Below are positions 24,671 to 32,000 of a DNA stretch of 32,000 nucleotides, one piece after another. Position 1 is the stretch's first letter. Each line of letters starts with the position of its first letter. The position numbers and the translations under genes are program-made. The notes below the pieces were generated by a model. It was given only the letters and a program-made list of their open reading frames with translations, was not told the DNA's origin and did no database searches. Source of the DNA: Candidatus Omnitrophota bacterium (GTDB lineage: Bacteria; Omnitrophota; Gorgyraeia; Zapsychrales; JANLHA01); contig OY759724.1 of NCBI GenBank assembly GCA_963662715.1, positions 1,290,001 through 1,322,000 of the forward strand. The letters run 5' to 3'.

Positions 24671-25106
24671 TATACGTTGATCATGTCAAATTATTTTTTA
24701 TTTTATAAAACAGATTATTCCCGGCGTTCCAAAAAAATGTGATCCTCTTAACATCCTTTGTCAAATGATTTGTTTCCAGAAGGACATCATCTTTTATCAG
24801 CCGAATGTTCACCAAAAACGTTAAGTATATTAATTATATTATTAATAATTAGAAATATTTAGTATTAGTTTGATTTTTTATTTCCTAATAAATATTTCTT
24901 CCCTGGTCTTTGGCCAAACAAAAAAAGCATTCCCGCATCGATGTTCTTTATGAAAACATCAAAAAAACGGATATAATCCTCGCGCCATAATAAGGAAACC
25001 ATTTAATTGCGCTGGCTCACCCACGGCGAACGAGGGTCCCGTTTTATTCTATAATATGAATTAAGGTAAAACAGTGCTTCGTTTGCGGGTCTCCGGGCAG
25101 ATATTC

Positions 25107-25137
25107 AAAAAAGATAGGGGAGCGTTCCGCGCTCCCC
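25107..25137 (-). terminator. Intrinsic terminator downstream of tRNA-Glu (the hairpin is flanked by T-runs on both strands)
   Basis: GGGGAGCG-loop-CGCTCCCC 8-bp GC-rich stem (25117-25137). On the minus strand it is followed by TATCTTTTTTG, and on the plus strand by TCATATTTTTT. Confidence 0.7.
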
Positions 25138-25147
25138 TCATATTTTT

Positions 25148-25224
25148 TGGCGACCCCAGCGGGATTTGAACCCGCGCTGCAAGCTTGAAAAGCTTGTGTC
25201 CTAACCAGGCTAGACGATGGGGTC
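25148..25224 (-). tRNA. tRNA-Glu (anticodon UUC), CCA encoded
   Basis: The minus strand reads GACCCCATCGTCTAGCCTGGTTAGGACACAAGCTTTTCAAGCTTGCAGCGCGGGTTCAAATCCCGCTGGGGTCGCCA. This folds as a cloverleaf: 7-bp acceptor GACCCCA/TGGGGTC, anticodon stem CAAGC/GCTTG with loop TTTTCAA, and T-arm GCGGG-TTCAAAT-CCCGC. Confidence 0.95.
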
Positions 25225-25306
25225 GATATTATCTATCGTAAATCGTGGTTCTACTATTATATTCAAGATTTCTTCATGGTCAAGAAAAAACAAAGAAGGC
25301 CATGCT

Positions 25307-27760
25307 TTATTCATCTTCTTTCGCAACGACATTCGCTACCGATGTCACAACATCCCCCTGGCCCAAAGAAATAAGCCTCACGCCTTGTGTGCTGCGGGCA
25401 GACTCTCTTATACCGGAGACAGGACACCGCACCATCATACCTCCTCTGGTAACGGCCATGATTTCATCCTCCGGCATCACGCCTAAAACGCTGACAACTG
25501 TTCCGTTTTTCGGCGTCACCTTCACGTTAATAATGCCCTTTCCTCCCCGGGACTGAACCCGATAATCACCAAAGGACGACCGCTTGCTGAATCCCAAAGA
25601 AGTCACCGTCAACACGGTGCTTTCTGTCCGGTCTATTTCGGAAGGGAAAACCTGCATGGAAACAACGACATCTTCTTTTGCGAGATTAATCCCCCGAACA
25701 CCTCTGGTTGCGCGCCCCATATCTCGAATTTGTTTTTCAGAAAAACGCAAAGCTTTGCCCTGTTTCGTGGCCAGCAATATCTCGTGCTTCCCGCTGCTGA
25801 CAGCCGTGCCAATAAGGGCATCTCCCTTGTCTAAAGAAATCCCGACGATACCGCCTTTACGCGGGTTGCTAAAGGCGGATAGCTTCGTCTTCTTGACATT
25901 TCCTTGCGCCGTTCCCATCACGACAAAACGGTCATCGGAAAAATCCTTAACAGCGACAATCGAGCTGATGTATTCCTCTTTTTGGAAAGACAATAAATTG
26001 ACAATGGCTTTCCCTTTAGCGCTCCGTGACGCGATCGGAATTTCGTAAACTTTAAGCCAGCGCACGATTCCTTTGTTTGAAAAAATAAGCAAATAATCCT
26101 TGGAGGAAGCCACAAAGATCTGTTTAACAAAATCTTCTTCCCGGGTCGCCATAGCGCTGACGCCTTTGCCGCCACGTTTCTGTTTCCGGTAAGCGCCAAC
26201 CCCCAAACGTTTAATGTATCCGGCATTGCTGATCGTAATAGCCATGTCTTCTTCTGCAATCAAATCCTCCAATTCAATCTCTTCGGCTTTAGCCGCTATT
26301 TCCGTCCTTCGTTCATCACCATATTTTTTCTTCATCTCTGTCAATTCATCTTTAATAATACCGTCTATTTTTTTCTCGGACGCCAAAATAGCCCGGTACC
26401 GTTCAATATCCTTTAAAAGCGCCTTATATTCCTCTTCTATTTTATTGCGTTCCAATGCCGTTAAGCGCTGCAGCTGCATTTCCAAAATGGCCTGGGCCTG
26501 AATCTCCGAAAGCTTAAAACGCTTCATAAGCTTACCCTTCGCCTCCGGAGTGCTTTTGGAAGAACGGATCAGGCGAATAATTTCATCAATAAATTTAACG
26601 GCGATGCGTAAACCTTCCAGAATATGGGCTCGTCTTAAGGCCCGGTCCAAATCAAACTGTGTTCGGCGGCGGACAACAACCCGGCGGTGATTGATATAGT
26701 GGCTTATCAGTTGTTTCAGAGAAAGAACTCGGGGGCTGTTGTTAACCAGCGCGAGATTAATGACGCCGAACGTTGTCTCCAGCTGCGTATGTTTATATAA
26801 ATAATTTAAAATAATCTGGGGCTGAACATCCCGGCGCAGCTCAATAACAACGCGTATCCCTTCTTTATCCGATTCATCCCGGATGTCGACAATGCCTTCA
26901 ACGCTTTTATTATTGATCTGGTCGGCAATGGCTTTTACAAGATTCGCCTTGTTCACTTGATAAGGCAATTCTGTGATGATAATCGTGTCTTTGCTGCCTT
27001 TCTGGCGTTCAATCGCGGCTTTAGCGCGCACGATAAGTTTCCCGCGGCCCGTTGTATATGCGGACTTAATGCCTTCCCGTCCGCAGATAATCCCGCCCGT
27101 GGGAAAATCAGGACCTTTGATATATTTCATAAGATCCTTCACCGAAGCTTCGGGATTATCAACATGATAAATCATGCCGTCGATCACTTCCGTTAAATTA
27201 TGCGGGGCCATATTCGTAGCCATCCCGACGGCGATGCCGCTTGAACCGTTAATCAACAGGTTGGGAATTCCCGCGGGAAGAACTTCGGGTTCCTGCGTGC
27301 TTCCGTCAAAATTCGGGGTAAAATCAACGGTGTTCTTTTCAATGTTCTTCAACATCTCTTCCGAAATAGCGGCCAAGCGCGCCTCCGTATAACGATAAGC
27401 CGCTGCGCTGTCTCCGTCAATCGACCCGTAATTCCCCTGCCCGTTAATCAGGGGATAACGTAAAGAAAATTCCTGAACCATTCTTACCATGGTGTCATAA
27501 ACAGCCGCGTCGCCGTGAGGATGATATTTTCCCAAAACCTCACCGACGATCGTTGCGCTCTTTTTGAAAGGCTTACCGTAGTCCAGCCCCAGGCTCTTCA
27601 TGGCATAAAGAATTCGGCGATGAACAGGTTTTAATCCGTCCCGGACGTCCGGCAAAGCACGCCCGACGATAACGCTCATCGAATAAGAGAGATACGAGCT
27701 TTTCATCTCATCTTCTATATAAACAGGAATGATTTTCTCTTTCATAATTGAACTGTCCAT
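25307..27760 (-). CDS. gyrA: DNA gyrase subunit A
   Basis: 817 aa. [47 protein letters not shown] and the active-site context [11 protein letters not shown]-terminal beta-pinwheel repeats. Confidence 0.98.
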   Translation of the reverse strand: MDSSIMKEKIIPVYIEDEMKSSYLSYSMSVIVGRALPDVRDGLKPVHRRILYAMKSLGLDYGKPFKKSATIVGEVLGKYHPHGDAAVYDTMVRMVQEFSLRYPLINGQGNYGSIDGDSAAAYRYTEARLAAISEEMLKNIEKNTVDFTPNFDGSTQEPEVLPAGIPNLLINGSSGIAVGMATNMAPHNLTEVIDGMIYHVDNPEASVKDLMKYIKGPDFPTGGIICGREGIKSAYTTGRGKLIVRAKAAIERQKGSKDTIIITELPYQVNKANLVKAIADQINNKSVEGIVDIRDESDKEGIRVVIELRRDVQPQIILNYLYKHTQLETTFGVINLALVNNSPRVLSLKQLISHYINHRRVVVRRRTQFDLDRALRRAHILEGLRIAVKFIDEIIRLIRSSKSTPEAKGKLMKRFKLSEIQAQAILEMQLQRLTALERNKIEEEYKALLKDIERYRAILASEKKIDGIIKDELTEMKKKYGDERRTEIAAKAEEIELEDLIAEEDMAITISNAGYIKRLGVGAYRKQKRGGKGVSAMATREEDFVKQIFVASSKDYLLIFSNKGIVRWLKVYEIPIASRSAKGKAIVNLLSFQKEEYISSIVAVKDFSDDRFVVMGTAQGNVKKTKLSAFSNPRKGGIVGISLDKGDALIGTAVSSGKHEILLATKQGKALRFSEKQIRDMGRATRGVRGINLAKEDVVVSMQVFPSEIDRTESTVLTVTSLGFSKRSSFGDYRVQSRGGKGIINVKVTPKNGTVVSVLGVMPEDEIMAVTRGGMMVRCPVSGIRESARSTQGVRLISLGQGDVVTSVANVVAKEDE

Positions 27761-27817
27761 CTATCCGTACACCTTTCTTTGAAAACCTGTCAATAACGCC
27801 ATGTAACAAAAAAACTT

Positions 27818-30543
<2,726 letters not shown>

Positions 30544-30598
30544 AATATCATAATTATATTCAGGACCAAGGATTCTTCCCTCTAAATTTCCCCAAGAA

Positions 30599-31699
30599 TC
30601 AAATCCTCATAGGCAAGGCCAAATAAAGATAATCATCCATACGTATCACAGCGGCTTTATCTGGCCCCAACAATTCCAAATCTATGGTTGCGGCATCGAC
30701 ATTTTTTAAAACATCCATCAAAAATTGCGGATTAAACCCAACGATCATCTCCTTACCGCTGTATTGAATGGAAACCTCTTCCCGGGATTCCCCTATATCC
30801 GGCGTTATTTTAGAAATAACTATTTTATCTGTAAAAACTTCCAGCTTTATGGCCTGAAAATCCGGGGTTGAAAGTAAATTGGCTCTGCGAATAGCATAAA
30901 GAAACTGCTGAGTATTTACTTTTATTTTTGTGGCTATCGGACCAGGAATCACTTGATGATAATTAGGAAAATCTCCTTCTATAATTCTGGTGGCTATGAG
31001 AATACCATTAATATCAAATAAAACCTGATTTGTTCCGCTCACGAAAGCCACTTCGCCTTCATCGTTTAAATTGCGGTAGATTTCCTGAATAGCTTTTAAG
31101 GGAATAATTACGGAAATATCTTTTTTGGTCGCAGATATTAATTTTTTTTCTATCTTTGCCAAACGTTTTCCGTCAGTCGCCACCATACGAATCTGATCTT
31201 CGGATATTTCCAAAAGAATACCATTTAAAATATATCTGGTCTCTTCGTGAGAAACAGCAAAAGATGTCATACGTATCATATCTTTAAGAACCGGCTGCTC
31301 TATTTTTATAATTTCCTTATCTTTGAATTCGGGAAATTTGGGGAATTCTTCTTTGGGTAAACCGATGAGCTTAAACCGGCACTTTTCTCCGTCTATATCG
31401 ACTTGATTGTTTTTCTTAACATGAATGGAAATATCCCCGGAAGGCAATTCTTTTATTATATCACTAAATCTTTTAGCCGGAATAGTTATTGCGCCTTCTT
31501 CAATCGTTTCCACAGGTATTCCACAAGATATACCGATATCTAGATCGGTGGTGTTCACTTTAATATCTTTTCCTCGGGTTTCTATAAGCATATTAGATAA
31601 TATAGGAAGTGTTGCTTTTGAAGAAACAATATTCTGTACTATTTGAATGCCTTCTAATAGTTTTTCTTTACTAACTTTGATCTTCATAGTTTTCCCCAC
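30599..31699 (-). CDS. dnaN: DNA polymerase III beta sliding clamp
   Basis: 366 aa. Three-domain clamp pattern (LPILSNMLIE, TRYILNGILLE, MVATDGKRLA, PDKAAVI). Located immediately downstream of dnaA. Confidence 0.96.
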   Translation of the reverse strand: MGKTMKIKVSKEKLLEGIQIVQNIVSSKATLPILSNMLIETRGKDIKVNTTDLDIGISCGIPVETIEEGAITIPAKRFSDIIKELPSGDISIHVKKNNQVDIDGEKCRFKLIGLPKEEFPKFPEFKDKEIIKIEQPVLKDMIRMTSFAVSHEETRYILNGILLEISEDQIRMVATDGKRLAKIEKKLISATKKDISVIIPLKAIQEIYRNLNDEGEVAFVSGTNQVLFDINGILIATRIIEGDFPNYHQVIPGPIATKIKVNTQQFLYAIRRANLLSTPDFQAIKLEVFTDKIVISKITPDIGESREEVSIQYSGKEMIVGFNPQFLMDVLKNVDAATIDLELLGPDKAAVIRMDDYLYLALPMRI

Positions 31700-31900
31700 C
31701 TTTTGCCTACTAAGGACTAATTAATTATTTTTAAAAGATAGTAATAGTAACAGTAATGCTTGTGTAAAATTTGAACAAGTTTAAAAGTTGTTGTAGTTTA
31801 TTAAGTTATGAGTTTTTGTTTTGTTGAAAAACATTTTAAAGAACTGTGATTATTGTTTTAAAGTTGTTAATAATTTATCTATTTCATTTTTTAGTTGAGG

Positions 31901-32000
31901 ATCATCTTTTAAATTTTCTTCAATTTTTTTTAATGAATGTAACACTGTCGTATGATCTTTCCCACCGAAAGAATTTCCAATCTCCGGCAAAGAAAGATTT
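31901..32000 (-). CDS. dnaA: Chromosomal replication initiator DnaA, 3' end only (5' end beyond the window). The conserved tail continues in another frame to 31849.
   Basis: The minus-strand frame gives [32 protein letters not shown]-stop, which contains the DnaA domain IV signature. It is not in the ORF track because it runs off the window edge. See the frameshift finding. Confidence 0.85.

Noticed and set aside
24671-25106. A 435-bp ORF-free region upstream of the C-N hydrolase gene, including an 11-bp AT-only inverted repeat (24851-24861 / 24889-24899).
   Set aside because: It is AT-rich promoter-type DNA. The inverted repeat is low-complexity (AAATATTT is self-complementary). I could not recognise any RNA family or strong structure beyond the tRNA terminator.
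31700-31848. The dnaA-dnaN spacer as oriC, including the (AGTAAN)x3 repeat at 31741-31758.
   Set aside because: I found no TTATCCACA-type DnaA box with one mismatch or fewer on either strand, and the repeat is short and AT-rich. oriC may lie upstream of dnaA, outside the window.

Overview
This is a 32 kb window coded almost entirely on the minus strand. It comes from an AT-rich diderm bacterium (secretin, TonB-type domain, lipoprotein signal); the taxon cannot be fixed from sequence alone.

The right end (22.8-32 kb) is the conserved replication-origin neighbourhood: the dnaA 3' end, dnaN, a DUF721/DciA-like gene, gyrB, gyrA and tRNA-Glu(UUC), followed by a C-N hydrolase and malate dehydrogenase.

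The centre and left (2.5-22.7 kb) form one ~20 kb, highly atypical Tad/Flp-type (type IVc) pilus locus. In transcription order it contains:
- a PPIase, cpaB and a secretin that carries a C-terminal acidic linker plus a TonB-type domain;
- a fused tadZ-tadA ATPase followed by a DUF192 gene;
- an orphan 569-aa protein with an N-terminal HTH;
- seven tandem pilin paralogs;
- two TadE-like pseudopilins, one of them 579 aa;
- a 1319-aa cysteine-rich TadG-like giant and a Cys-rich pilin;
- tadB and tadC.

All ten pilin-like proteins carry a G/A|Q-x-x-x-E-Y/F class III signal peptide of the archaeal Gln+1 type. No prepilin peptidase is present in the window.

The left edge (1-2.1 kb) holds a near-consensus promoter and a structured leader ending in an intrinsic terminator. 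These are followed by a 53-aa Cys-containing peptide with an NGGG motif and, 10 nt later, a membrane protein with a C39-type cysteine peptidase domain. The ORF track missed that protein because it runs off the window.

No rRNA, CRISPR array or convincing mobile element was seen. A T8 homopolymer splits the dnaA 3' end into two frames.
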